Shown here: positions 27,768-37,151 of the stretch, piece by piece
Position numbering within the stretch: position 1 is the stretch's first letter
How the letters are laid out: each line of letters begins with the position of its first letter
Assembly (NCBI GenBank): GCA_963734685.1
Contig: CAVTIC010000007.1
Location: 317,232 to 381,231 of the forward strand
Reading direction: 5' to 3'
Length of the DNA stretch: 64,000 nt
Source: an uncultured Actinomycetes bacterium
GTDB lineage: Bacteria; Actinomycetota; UBA4738; HRBIN12
Made by a program: the position numbers and the translations under genes
Notes under the pieces: generated by a model
What the model was told of the DNA's origin: nothing
The model's database searches: none
The model's input: the letters and a program-made list of their open reading frames with translations, nothing else

Positions 27768-28439
27768 TTGACGGACGGATCCCTCGAGATCGTGTTCTTC
27801 GACATCGGTGGCGTGATGTACGACGACACCGTCTACGCGAGGTCGTGGATGCTCGCGCTCCGAGAGTCGGGCGCCTCGTTCAGCGACGAGGAGTTCGACG
27901 CCGAGTACGCGGCCGCCCGTGCTGCCCAGTCGGGATCGTTTCGCAGGCGGCTGACGCGAGCGTTCCTCGGCGACCGCGCCGACCTCGACCCGGTCGAGGC
28001 CCGGGCGGCCCGATACTGGACGTACCCACCGACCGCCCTCTATCCGGACGTGATGCCGTGCCTCGAGGCGCTCGACGGGCGATTCCGGCTCGGAGTGATC
28101 GCGAACCAGCCGACGTCGGTGCGCGCGGCGATGGAGCGCGACGGCCTCACGCCGTTCTTCGAGGTCTGGGGGGTCAGCGACGACCTCGGGCTGCAGAAAC
28201 CCGACCCGAAGCTCTTCGCCCAGGTGCTCGACACGGCCGGTGTGCCACCCGCGCGCTCGGTGATGCTCGGCGACCGTCTCGACTACGACGTGCGGCCTGC
28301 CAAGGCCGCCGGCATGAGCGCGATCTGGGTGTTGCGCGGCGAGGCGCCCGATGCGCCGACGCCGGAGCAGCTCGCCGAGGCCGACGCGTCGGTCGCCGAT
28401 CTCGCGGAGGTCCCCGCCTTGCTGGTCGCCTGGTCGTAA
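27768..28439 (+). CDS. HAD-superfamily hydrolase
   Basis: FFDIGGV, IANQ, KPDPKLF, MLGDRLDYDV. Confidence 0.87.
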   Translation: MTDGSLEIVFFDIGGVMYDDTVYARSWMLALRESGASFSDEEFDAEYAAARAAQSGSFRRRLTRAFLGDRADLDPVEARAARYWTYPPTALYPDVMPCLEALDGRFRLGVIANQPTSVRAAMERDGLTPFFEVWGVSDDLGLQKPDPKLFAQVLDTAGVPPARSVMLGDRLDYDVRPAKAAGMSAIWVLRGEAPDAPTPEQLAEADASVADLAEVPALLVAWS

Positions 28440-28448
28440 CGTCGGGGT

Positions 28449-29741
28449 ATGCATCTCGTGATCGTCGGGGGCGGTGCCGCCGGCTTGAACGCCGCACGGG
28501 CGCTGCAGAAGCGTCTGCGTGCGGGCGGACACTCGCTCACGCTGGTCTCGACGGAGAACGTGTTCCTCTACCAGTCGTTGCTCCCCGAGGCCGCGGGGGG
28601 AACGCTCGAGCCGCGTCATGTGGTGGTGCCGTTGCGTTCAGCGTTGCGGCACGCGCGCGTGGTCGTCGGCGACGTTGAGCGCGTCGACCTCGAACATCGG
28701 CTGCTGCACCTTCGCGGGGTCGACGGTGACCGATTCGAGCTGCCGTTCGACCAGCTCGTGCTGGCGCCGGGGTCGCGCTCGCGAACGTTGCCCGTCCCTG
28801 GCCTCGCCCAGCATGGCATCGGGTTCAAGACGCTCGGCGAGGCCATCCTGCTGCGCAACCACGTGCTGTCGCGGCTCGAGGCGGCGTCGCAGCGTCCGCC
28901 ACGCGACCCCCGGCGCCGAGCTGCCTTGACGTTCGTGTTCGTTGGCGCGGGGTACGCAGGCGTCGAGGCGCTGGGCGAACTCGAGGATCTCTCCCGCTGG
29001 GCGCTGAAGCACATGCCGGAGGTCGGGGCCGAAGAACCGCGATGGGTGCTGGTCGAGGCGCGTGACGAGATCCTGCCCGAGATCGGCGGGGACCTCGGAG
29101 CCTGGGCAGCTCGGGAGCTCGAGGAGCGTGGCATCGAGATCAAGATGGGCACGCGGCTGGACTCGATCGAGGATGGCGTGGTGCGGCTGAGCGACGGAGA
29201 GACGTTCCCAGCCGAGACCCTCGTGTGGACGGCGGGAGTGAAACCGGAGCCGTTGGCGGCGGCCTCGGAGCTGCCGGTCGATGACCACGGACGGCTCCGC
29301 GTCGACGCGGCGATGCGGGTCGAGGGGCTCGAGGGTGTGGTGTGGGCGGCAGGCGACGCGGCGGCGGTGCCGGATCTGGTGGCCGGCGGGTTCTGCCCGC
29401 CGTCGGCGCAGTACGCGACGCGACAGGGAAAGCGGCTCGCGGCGAACGTGCTCGCCACGATCGAGGGCCGCGACGTCGAGCCGTTCCGGTTCGAGGCGCT
29501 CGGCTCGCTGTGCTCGCTCGGGCGGTATCGCGGGGTCGCGGTCGTCATGGGCGTGCATCTGCGCGGATTCCCGGCGTGGTTCGTGACGCGCTCGTACCAC
29601 CTGCTGCAGCTCCCGACGCTCAATCGCAAGGTTCGAGTGGTGCTCGACTGGACGCTGTCGCTGTTCTTCCCGCGGGACGTGGCGGCACTTGGGTCGCTGC
29701 ACGATCCGACCGAGGCGTTCGAGCGCGCATCGGACGGATAG
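28449..29741 (+). CDS. ndh: Type II NADH dehydrogenase family flavoprotein
   Basis: IVGGGAAG, LYQSLLPE, GFKTLGEA..LRN, VGAGYAGVE, WTAGV, AAGD, PPSAQYATRQG, GFPAW. Confidence 0.88.
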   Translation: MHLVIVGGGAAGLNAARALQKRLRAGGHSLTLVSTENVFLYQSLLPEAAGGTLEPRHVVVPLRSALRHARVVVGDVERVDLEHRLLHLRGVDGDRFELPFDQLVLAPGSRSRTLPVPGLAQHGIGFKTLGEAILLRNHVLSRLEAASQRPPRDPRRRAALTFVFVGAGYAGVEALGELEDLSRWALKHMPEVGAEEPRWVLVEARDEILPEIGGDLGAWAARELEERGIEIKMGTRLDSIEDGVVRLSDGETFPAETLVWTAGVKPEPLAAASELPVDDHGRLRVDAAMRVEGLEGVVWAAGDAAAVPDLVAGGFCPPSAQYATRQGKRLAANVLATIEGRDVEPFRFEALGSLCSLGRYRGVAVVMGVHLRGFPAWFVTRSYHLLQLPTLNRKVRVVLDWTLSLFFPRDVAALGSLHDPTEAFERASDG

Positions 29742-29908
29742 GACTCGGGGGCGGGCGTCGCGGAATCCTCTCGAGCTGACGTGGCACGGACCCCCCTAGG
29801 GTGAACTGACTCCAAGTTCACCTAGTGACACCTGCGACGGAACACGGAGCTCCCTGCCCAGTCGCCGGAGGGAGAACGAGGCGTGCGGACGCCTCACCCG
29901 CGAGTCCT
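29740..29908. ncRNA. Candidate structured non-coding RNA (rod-like, about 170 nt) between convergent genes
   Basis: Ends pair (AGGACTCG/CGAGTCCT, GGGCGTC/GACGCCT); inner GAGCT/AGCTC; apical CTAGGGTGAACT/AGTTCACCTAG; family not assigned. Confidence 0.45.
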
Positions 29909-29916
29909 GCCTGGCG

Positions 29917-30384
29917 CTAAGCGCCCTTGCGTCGCTGCTTCTGCAACTCGCTCGCCGCCTGCAGCGCCTTGTGGCTCCGCGCGATGTCGGGCATCTCGGC
30001 GCCGCTCGCGAGCTCGTCGGCCGCCCATCGGGTGAGGTCGCGGATCGAGACGATGCCGACGACACGACCCCGGTCGACCACGGGCAGGTGGCGGATGTTC
30101 CGAGCCACCATGTGCTCAGCCGCGTCGGTGAGGTCCAGCTTCGGCCCAACCGTCTCGAGGTCGCGGCGCGTCATGCCGTGCGCCACCTTCACCGTGTGCG
30201 GGTCGCCGCCGGCGGCCACGAGGTTCACGATGTCGCGCTCGGTCACGATGCCGGCGAGCTTCTTCCCGTCGAGCACGACGACCGACGAGATACCGTTCGT
30301 CCGCATCGTCTTGGCGACGTCGGCGAACGTGTCCTCGGTCTCGGCCGTCTTCACGTCGGTGTGCATCACGTCCGCGACCTGCAT
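29917..30384 (-). CDS. CBS-pair domain protein
   Basis: VADVMHT, GIVTERDI, IRHLPVVD..VVGIVSIRDL; AAGGAGG RBS. Confidence 0.9.
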   Translation of the reverse strand: MQVADVMHTDVKTAETEDTFADVAKTMRTNGISSVVVLDGKKLAGIVTERDIVNLVAAGGDPHTVKVAHGMTRRDLETVGPKLDLTDAAEHMVARNIRHLPVVDRGRVVGIVSIRDLTRWAADELASGAEMPDIARSHKALQAASELQKQRRKGA

Positions 30385-30472
30385 CGTTGCGTGCCTCCTT
30401 GAGGAAGAGCTCCGAACGCTCGGAGCGGCCAGCCTACCGCTTCGGGGGTCGTTCCCGTCGTAGAACTCTCTC

Positions 30473-31096
30473 GTGCGCCGCCGACGACGACTCATCGGAA
30501 CCGCAGCCCTCGCGGGCCTCGCGCTCGCGTCCGCGTGCACCGTCGAGGCACATCCGAGCGCCGGTGTGCGATCCGACCTGCGCGGGCGAGCTGTGATCCT
30601 CACGCCGGCCTGCTCCGACGAGCGTATCGATGCCGTCCACGTGGTGGACGCGAACGGCACCATGCTGTGGCGCGTGGAGGGTGGCGGCAACCAGCACCGG
30701 TCGATGTTCGTGGTGGGTCGCGTGCCGCCGTTGATGCAAGAGACCGATCCGCTCGACGGTCCGCTCGACCCCGACGACGCGTACGTCGCAACGGTCGAGT
30801 ACGGCGGGCTCCTGCCCGACGTCGATGTGGAGTTCCGGATGGCGGGTCTGTCGACCGACCGCGTGATCGACGACGAGGGCGTCTACCGCACCCAGCAAGA
30901 GTTCCTCGATGCGGCCGACCTCGAGTGCATCGGCGGCTGGATCTGGGTCGCCGGCGCGATCGGCATCGCGCTGGTGCTGGCGTTCCTCGCGGGGATCGTC
31001 GGCGGCGTCTGGGTCGTCGTGCGCGTGCTTCGCAAGGCCAAACGCATGCGCGCGCTGGAGGGGACCCCGAGCCGTCCCGACCTCAGTGGTCGCTGA
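30473..31096 (+). CDS. Hypothetical exported protein, possible lipoprotein, with C-terminal TM
   Basis: RRRRR plus hydrophobic signal ending LASAC; C-terminal TM followed by basic residues. Confidence 0.6.
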   Translation: MRRRRRLIGTAALAGLALASACTVEAHPSAGVRSDLRGRAVILTPACSDERIDAVHVVDANGTMLWRVEGGGNQHRSMFVVGRVPPLMQETDPLDGPLDPDDAYVATVEYGGLLPDVDVEFRMAGLSTDRVIDDEGVYRTQQEFLDAADLECIGGWIWVAGAIGIALVLAFLAGIVGGVWVVVRVLRKAKRMRALEGTPSRPDLSGR

Positions 31097-32444
31097 CGCC
31101 GGAGAAGCGGAACTCGTCGACCTTCAGGGCGGGTACGCGTGAGGCGCTGAAGAAGAACTCGCTCGCGAGGTGGGCTTCGCGTCCGACCATGGACACGCTC
31201 GAGAGCGCCCCGAGGATCGACTGGGTGAACCTGAAGTTGCGCACCGGCCCGACGACCTCGCCGCCTTCGATCAGGAACGTGCCGTCGCGCGTCATGCCCG
31301 TGATCGACGATTCCATCGGGTTCACGATGTTCGAGTAGTGGAAGCGGGTCACGAGCAGTCCTCGCTCGGTCGAGCGAACCATCTCTTCGACGGTCGAATC
31401 GCCGGTGTCCATGAACAGGTGCAGTGGGAGCGGCCCTTCGGGGTTCGGCGAGGGCAGCCCGTGCCCGGTCGACTCGTGGCCTGCTTCCTTGCCCGTGCGC
31501 CGGTCGTAGACGACGCCATGGAACACTCCGTCGGCGATCAGGTCGACCTTCCGCTTCGGCGTCCCCTCGAAGTCGAACGATGCGCCGAGCGTTCGTGGGT
31601 CGGTGCCGTCGTCCCAGATCGAGACCGAGGGCGCGGCGACCTGCTGCCCCTCCTTGCCGTCGAAGCACGACCGGCCCTCGATGTAGGCGCGGCCGGCGAA
31701 GCCCACCCACGCCAGGAACCCCACCAGGGTCGCCGTCGCCGCCGGCTCGAGGACGACCGTGTAGGTGCCGGCGTCGAGCGCCCGTGGCGACGAGGACGCG
31801 ACCGCCTTGTCGTTGGCCGTCCGCCCGATCGCCCCCGGGTCGATCGCTTCGGTCGAACCCGCGAAGATCTCCGCGAAGCCGCTGCCGCCGTCGGGTCCGG
31901 TGACCACGGTGGTGATCGACGCCTGCGTGGACGGGGCCCAGCAGAGCTGGCCCTCGCTATTGGCGACGCCCAGCTCGACCGCGACCGTCTCGTAGGCGCC
32001 GGCGGCTGTGCACCCAGGGGCGCACCGCCCGATCAGCTCAGCGACCGCTCCGGCGCGCATCTCCGGTGACGCGGCCGCCGTGTCCTCGAAGAACCGGTCC
32101 ACCCCGGGGGCCGCCGCCGGGGGAGCGAGCCCAGGCCACATCGGGTCGGCAGCCACGACCTCGGCCATCTCGAGCGCGCTGCGAGCCGCCGCCGCTGCGC
32201 CGTCGGGTGTGGCCTCGTTCGTCGCCGCGACCCCGACGTGCCCGCCCTTCACGACGCGCACCCGCAGGCCGGTGTCCTCGCGGGAGATGCTCTGATGGAT
32301 CTCGGAGTTGGCGAACCGGGTGAGCCCGCCCCACTCGTGCATCAGTAGCACCTCGACGCCGTCGGCGCCCCCGAGCGAGAGTGCGCCGTCGGCGACGCTG
32401 CGGAACCCGTCGGGCCCGAGCAGCCTCCCGGCGTCGGGGCTCAC
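31083..32444 (-). CDS. tldE: TldE/PmbA family protein
   Basis: TRFANSEIHQ, GTYTVVLEPAA, FDFEGTP, TGMTRDGTFLIEGG, NFRF; no HExxxH; GTGA-coupled to tldD. Confidence 0.87.
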   Translation of the reverse strand: MSPDAGRLLGPDGFRSVADGALSLGGADGVEVLLMHEWGGLTRFANSEIHQSISREDTGLRVRVVKGGHVGVAATNEATPDGAAAAARSALEMAEVVAADPMWPGLAPPAAAPGVDRFFEDTAAASPEMRAGAVAELIGRCAPGCTAAGAYETVAVELGVANSEGQLCWAPSTQASITTVVTGPDGGSGFAEIFAGSTEAIDPGAIGRTANDKAVASSSPRALDAGTYTVVLEPAATATLVGFLAWVGFAGRAYIEGRSCFDGKEGQQVAAPSVSIWDDGTDPRTLGASFDFEGTPKRKVDLIADGVFHGVVYDRRTGKEAGHESTGHGLPSPNPEGPLPLHLFMDTGDSTVEEMVRSTERGLLVTRFHYSNIVNPMESSITGMTRDGTFLIEGGEVVGPVRNFRFTQSILGALSSVSMVGREAHLASEFFFSASRVPALKVDEFRFSGVSDH

Positions 32445-33883
32445 CCGCGCACCCCTACCTGCACGTTCCGGAACCGTGCGGGCGAAGCCCCATGCCCGAC
32501 GCGCCCGATCTGTCCCGGCTGGCCCTTGCCGCAGTTCGGCGTCCCCCAGACGACCCAGTCCTCGGCGCCGCCCACCGCATCGCACGAGCCCCAGAACTCC
32601 GGCGTGATGCCCGTGTAGTTCGGGTTCTTGTACAGGGTGGTGAGGGCGCCGTTCTCGATGCGCCACGCCTGCTCGCATCCGAACTGGAAGTTGATGCGCT
32701 TGTCGTCGATCGACCACGAGCTGTTCGTCATCATGAAGATGCCGTGGTCGGTATCGCCGATGATCTCGGCGAGGGTTCCCTCGCGGGGCTCGATCGAGAT
32801 GTTCGTCATGCGGATCAGCGGCAGGTGGCTCCACCCGTCGGCCCTGCTCGTGGCGTTCGAGGTCTGTCCCACGAGGCCGGCCGTCTCGCGACTCGACAGG
32901 AAGTTCTGGAACACCCCGTCGGCGATGATCGGGACGCGTTGTGCCGGGACGCCCTCGTCGTCGAAGCCGAACGTGCCGAGCCCGCCGGGAAGCGTGGCGT
33001 CGGCCGTGACCGACACGAGGTCGCTCGCGTAACGGACCTTCCCTCGGTCGCCGGGGGTGAGCCACGAGGAGCCGGCGTAGGCCTCTTCCATGCCGAGCAC
33101 GCGGTCGAGCTCTATCGGGTGGCCGATCGATTCGTGGATCTGCAGCTCCATCTGGCCCGAGTCGAGCACGAGGGTCGTCACGTCGCTCGGACATTCGGGT
33201 GCGGACAGGAGCGCGACCGCCTCCGCGCCGATGCGCGCGGCCTCCTCGATCAGTCCGAGCGTGCGGATGTGCTCGTACCCGGCGGCTCTCATGTGCCCCC
33301 GGAACGAATTCGGGTAGCTCCGGCGTTGCATGTCGCCGTCGCCGACCGCGACCGCCTCGATCCCGCCGCCGGAGTTCGTGACCACCTGCTCGATCTCGGC
33401 GCCGTCGCTCGACGCGAACCATGTCGACCGCCGGAAGAAGTCGAGGCCTGCCTCTGCGAACGACAACCCCGGGACCCCCTGCATCTGCCGGGAGGCCTCC
33501 ATCAACAGGGCGACCTTCTCTTCGAGCTGCACGGTGAAGGGATCCTCCTTCACCGTCGTGCGCCACGATGCCCGGGCAGGCTCCACCGGACTGAGCGAGA
33601 CAGGGTCTCCGGGCAGCCGGTGCGCCGCTTTCGCGATCTCGACGGCGAGGCGGGCGGTCCGCTCGATCTCGGCGTCGTCGAGGCGCGAGGTGGCGGCGAA
33701 TCCCCATCGGCCGCCGACCAACACCCTGATGCCGACGCCGGTCGAGGTCGACCGGTCGATGCCCTCCATCTCCTGATTCCGGACGGTGAGCGATTCGCTC
33801 TCGTCGGTGCCCGCGCGCGCGTCGGCGAAGTCGGCACCGGCCCTCCGCGCGGCATCGACGGCCTGCTTGGCGACGTCGATCAC
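32441..33883 (-). CDS. tldD: TldD metalloprotease
   Basis: GIRVLVGGRWGFA, IHESIGHPIELDR (HExxxH), FDDEGV, RMTN, CGKGQP. Confidence 0.92.
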   Translation of the reverse strand: MIDVAKQAVDAARRAGADFADARAGTDESESLTVRNQEMEGIDRSTSTGVGIRVLVGGRWGFAATSRLDDAEIERTARLAVEIAKAAHRLPGDPVSLSPVEPARASWRTTVKEDPFTVQLEEKVALLMEASRQMQGVPGLSFAEAGLDFFRRSTWFASSDGAEIEQVVTNSGGGIEAVAVGDGDMQRRSYPNSFRGHMRAAGYEHIRTLGLIEEAARIGAEAVALLSAPECPSDVTTLVLDSGQMELQIHESIGHPIELDRVLGMEEAYAGSSWLTPGDRGKVRYASDLVSVTADATLPGGLGTFGFDDEGVPAQRVPIIADGVFQNFLSSRETAGLVGQTSNATSRADGWSHLPLIRMTNISIEPREGTLAEIIGDTDHGIFMMTNSSWSIDDKRINFQFGCEQAWRIENGALTTLYKNPNYTGITPEFWGSCDAVGGAEDWVVWGTPNCGKGQPGQIGRVGHGASPARFRNVQVGVRG

Positions 33884-34008
33884 CCCGCGCCCCCTTCCCG
33901 ACGGCGTCATCCCACCGGGCCGAAGGCCCGGATGTCGCGGGGCATGGTACCCGTTGCGGGTCGGCGCCACCCCGCCACGATGGCGACATCGACCACGGGA
34001 GGAACGAG

Positions 34009-34290
34009 ATGGACGGACCGAGGCATGGGTTCAACGAGGAACAGGCTCGCGCCGCGGCGGCGGAGGTCGGGCTCGACTTCACGACGGCCGCCTTCGACGT
34101 GGATCAGTTCCGTCGGGGCATGGAGGTGGAACTCGAGCACGGCCGGCGTGATCCGGTGACGAACGTGACCGACGACGACCCGCTCGTGACGGCGAGGATC
34201 GCGTGGGCACATCTGCGGGAGATCCCTGACTACTACGACCGGCTCGAACGCATGGAGGCCGATGCAGAGGCCGGACCGACGCAGCCGTGA
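34009..34290 (+). CDS. Small conserved protein, DUF5661-like
   Basis: QFRRGMEVELEHG..TNVTDDD..TARIAWAHLREIPDYYDRL. Confidence 0.75.
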   Translation: MDGPRHGFNEEQARAAAAEVGLDFTTAAFDVDQFRRGMEVELEHGRRDPVTNVTDDDPLVTARIAWAHLREIPDYYDRLERMEADAEAGPTQP

Positions 34291-34373
34291 ACCGCTGAGC
34301 GCGGCCTGTTGGTGTCGTCCGCCGTCCGGGTGGGAAGATGCCGCCCACCCGCCGACGCCGAGGAGGACACGCC

Positions 34374-34748
34374 GTGCCGGTCGAACGCGCCGACGACCAC
34401 CCGACCTTCGAGTTGGGCGGCAACACGATCACGAGCCTGGCCGCGCCGAGCCGCGGTGCCGACGAGGCGGCGTTGTTCCGCATCGAGGTGCCCGCAGGCG
34501 GGGGACTTCCCGCCCACCACCACGACCACCTCGACGTGTTCGCCGTCGAGGCGGGAAGCGGCACTTTCCATATCGACGGCGACTCGTTCGAACTCGCTGC
34601 CGGCGACTCGGTGGTCGTACCGATCGGCGCCGTGCATCACCTGGAAGCGGGCGAAACGGGCGCGACGATCGTGGTGACGATGCTCGCGGGCACGAGGCTC
34701 GTGCGCGCCGACGACGGGTCCGAGCTCGTGCCGCCCTGGGTGAGCTGA
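34374..34748 (+). CDS. Cupin-domain protein
   Basis: PAHHHDH..G.G...GDSVVVPIGAVH; GAGGAGG RBS. Confidence 0.82.
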   Translation: MPVERADDHPTFELGGNTITSLAAPSRGADEAALFRIEVPAGGGLPAHHHDHLDVFAVEAGSGTFHIDGDSFELAAGDSVVVPIGAVHHLEAGETGATIVVTMLAGTRLVRADDGSELVPPWVS

Positions 34749-34753
34749 CGGCG

Positions 34754-35974
34754 ATGGCTCCGGGTCGCACGTACATCGCCGACGTCACGCTCTTCGACGG
34801 TCACCGGATGCGGCGGCGCCAGGGTGTCTTGGTCGAGGGCGAGCGCATCGGGTGGGTCGGTCCGCACAGCCGCGCGCCACGTGAGGCTCGGAGCGCCCGC
34901 GCCGTCGATGGCACGGGCCGCACACTCACCCCTGGGCTGATCGACTGCCACGTGCACCTGAACTTCGATGGCGTGGGGGATTTCGCTGCCGAAGTCGCGC
35001 AGATCAATGCCAGTCCCATGCTTGCCCCGATCAAGTCCGTCGCCAACGCCGCGAGACACCTGGCGGCAGGTGTGACCACTGTGCGTGATCTGGGCGGCAT
35101 CGGCACATGTGAGCTCGCGGATGCGATCGAGGCAGGCTCGGTGCCTGGACCGCGCGTCGTGGCGGCGGGCCGAGCGCTCACGATCACGGGCGGGCACGGC
35201 CACAACATCGCGTTCGCTCGGCAGGTCGACGGCGCCGACGAGGTTCGGCGCGCCGTCCGTGAGGAGATCCGCGGCGGTGCCACCGCGATCAAGGTGGTCG
35301 CGACCGGCGGCGTGCTCACCCCCGGCATCGGGGCGACGTTCACGGCGTTCACGCCCGAGGAGTTGGGCGCCGCCGTCGATGAGGCCCACTCGTGGGACCG
35401 TGGGGTCGCCGCCCACGCGATCGGCGCCGAAGGCATCACTCGGTCGGTGGTGGCCGGGGTCGACTCAGTGGAGCACTGCGTGCAGCTCACGACCGCGACG
35501 GCGCGACGCATGGCCGAGCGCGGCACGTTCCGAGGACCGACCCTGTCGGCGGCCTTCGGCATGTTGGACAATCCCACAGGTACCCCTGACTACGCTCTCG
35601 CCAAGATCACGGCCGTGGTTGAGGACCACGAACGCAGCACCACGATCGCGCTGCGCGCGAAGGTCCGTCACGTGTGCAGCACCGATGCCGGCACGCCGTT
35701 CAACCCGCACGGCGGCGCGCCGCACGAACTCGCGCGCATGGTCGCCTGGGGCATGGAACCGCTCGAGGCGATGATCGCCGGCACGTCGAACGGGGCCGAG
35801 CTGCTCCGCCTTCCCGACGTCGGAACCGTGCGAGCCGGCGCCCTCGCCGATCTCGTGCTCTATGACGCGAACCCAGTCGACGACATCGGGGCGCTCAGGT
35901 CGCCACGCACGGTGTGGGAAGCCGGTGCGGTGGTGTCGGGCCGGGTGCCGAGGACCGGTCCCTCAGCCGGCTGA
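34754..35974 (+). CDS. Amidohydrolase family (Xaa-Pro dipeptidase-like) metalloenzyme
   Basis: PGLIDCHVH, GVTTVRDLG, ITGGHG, IKVVATGGV, AAHA, SVEH, STDAG, ADLV. Confidence 0.9.
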   Translation: MAPGRTYIADVTLFDGHRMRRRQGVLVEGERIGWVGPHSRAPREARSARAVDGTGRTLTPGLIDCHVHLNFDGVGDFAAEVAQINASPMLAPIKSVANAARHLAAGVTTVRDLGGIGTCELADAIEAGSVPGPRVVAAGRALTITGGHGHNIAFARQVDGADEVRRAVREEIRGGATAIKVVATGGVLTPGIGATFTAFTPEELGAAVDEAHSWDRGVAAHAIGAEGITRSVVAGVDSVEHCVQLTTATARRMAERGTFRGPTLSAAFGMLDNPTGTPDYALAKITAVVEDHERSTTIALRAKVRHVCSTDAGTPFNPHGGAPHELARMVAWGMEPLEAMIAGTSNGAELLRLPDVGTVRAGALADLVLYDANPVDDIGALRSPRTVWEAGAVVSGRVPRTGPSAG

Positions 35975-36418
35975 TCCGAGCGCGCGCTCCAGGGCCACGA
36001 CGCCGCGGGCGAGCTGTCCGAGCTCGCGCGGGGGAAGCGTCGCCAGCAGAGTGCTGAACGCCGCCACACGGCGGCGGCGGCCTTCCAGCAACGCTGCTCG
36101 GCCGCGATCGGTGGCGACCACCCGCACCGCGCGGGCGTCGTCGGGATCGGGGGAGCGGATCACGTAGCCGTCGCGTTCGAGGCCGTCGACGAGTCGGGTC
36201 ATCGTCGGGGGCTCGACCTGCTCGATCCGCGCGAGATCTCCGATGCGCTGAGGCCCCCCGAACACGAGCACCGAGAGCGCGGAGAGACGTGGGGCGGAGA
36301 TGCCCAGCGCCTCGTCCTCCACGCGCAGGCGACGCAACAGGTGGATGGCGGCCGAGTGGAGCCGGTCGGCCACTGCATCCACGTCTCGCGTTGGGGAAGT
36401 CCGCCTGGGCGTGGTCAC
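35963..36418 (-). CDS. MarR family transcriptional regulator
   Basis: ADRLHSAAIHLLRRLR, LARIEQVEPPTMTRLVDGLE, DPDDAR. Confidence 0.88.
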   Translation of the reverse strand: MTTPRRTSPTRDVDAVADRLHSAAIHLLRRLRVEDEALGISAPRLSALSVLVFGGPQRIGDLARIEQVEPPTMTRLVDGLERDGYVIRSPDPDDARAVRVVATDRGRAALLEGRRRRVAAFSTLLATLPPRELGQLARGVVALERALGSAG

Positions 36419-36476
36419 CGCGCGTACGGTGGCATATTTAGTTAGGCTACGCAAATACAAGTCGAGGAGAGGGCCG

Positions 36477-37145
36477 ATGGCAAGCACATCCGATGACCTG
36501 TTCGCGGCGATCGAGGCGGGTGAGGTCGAGCGCGTCCGCGCGATGCTCGACGCCGACCCGTCGCTCGGGACGGCGCGCGACGCCGCGGGCGTGTCGGCCC
36601 TGATGCGGGCGCGCTACCGGTTCGACCGGGGGATGATCGAGGCCCTGCAGCCCCGGGTGACGGACATGGACCTGTTCGAGGCGGCGGCGGCCGGCGACCT
36701 CGACCGCCTCACGGAGCTCTTGGCTTACGACCCCGCGTTGGTCGACGCGCGGAGCGCCGACGGCTTCACGGCCCTGCATTTCGCGGCGTTCTTCGGCCGG
36801 CTCGATGCGGCGCGGTTGCTCGTGAACCATGCGGCCGACGTCGATGCGCACGGCACGGGCTGGATGACGGGCACCCCGCTGCATTCGGCGGCGAGCGAGA
36901 GCCATGCCGAGATCGTCGGCATGCTGTTGGAGGCCGGCGCCGATCCGAACGCCAGACAGTCGGGTGGGTGGACGCCGCTGCACGCAGCCGCCCGCAACGG
37001 CGACGTGACGGGCGTCACGTTGCTCCTCGCCTCGGGGGCCGACCCGCGAGCGATGAACGACGAGGGCACGAGCGTGCTCGAGATGGCCCAGGGAAGCGGC
37101 GACGTGGCCACGGCCGCGACGATCGCGGCCGCCCTCGAGCGCTGA
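36477..37145 (+). CDS. Ankyrin repeat protein
   Basis: GFTALHFAA, GTPLHSAA, GWTPLHAAA, GADPN repeats. Confidence 0.9.
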   Translation: MASTSDDLFAAIEAGEVERVRAMLDADPSLGTARDAAGVSALMRARYRFDRGMIEALQPRVTDMDLFEAAAAGDLDRLTELLAYDPALVDARSADGFTALHFAAFFGRLDAARLLVNHAADVDAHGTGWMTGTPLHSAASESHAEIVGMLLEAGADPNARQSGGWTPLHAAARNGDVTGVTLLLASGADPRAMNDEGTSVLEMAQGSGDVATAATIAAALER

Positions 37146-37151
37146 TCGCGA

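Noticed and set aside
29740-29908. M-box (ykoK) riboswitch resemblance (GGTGAGGC...AGCTC on the minus strand)
   Set aside because: The internal conserved M-box segments are not evident, and the element lies at the 3' ends of both neighbours, so it cannot be a 5' leader.
31083-33883. TldDE as the maturation protease for the GxFAEGQ repeat peptide (RiPP hypothesis)
   Set aside because: It lies 11 kb away, TldDE is widespread housekeeping, and no modifying enzymes or exporter sit near the peptide.
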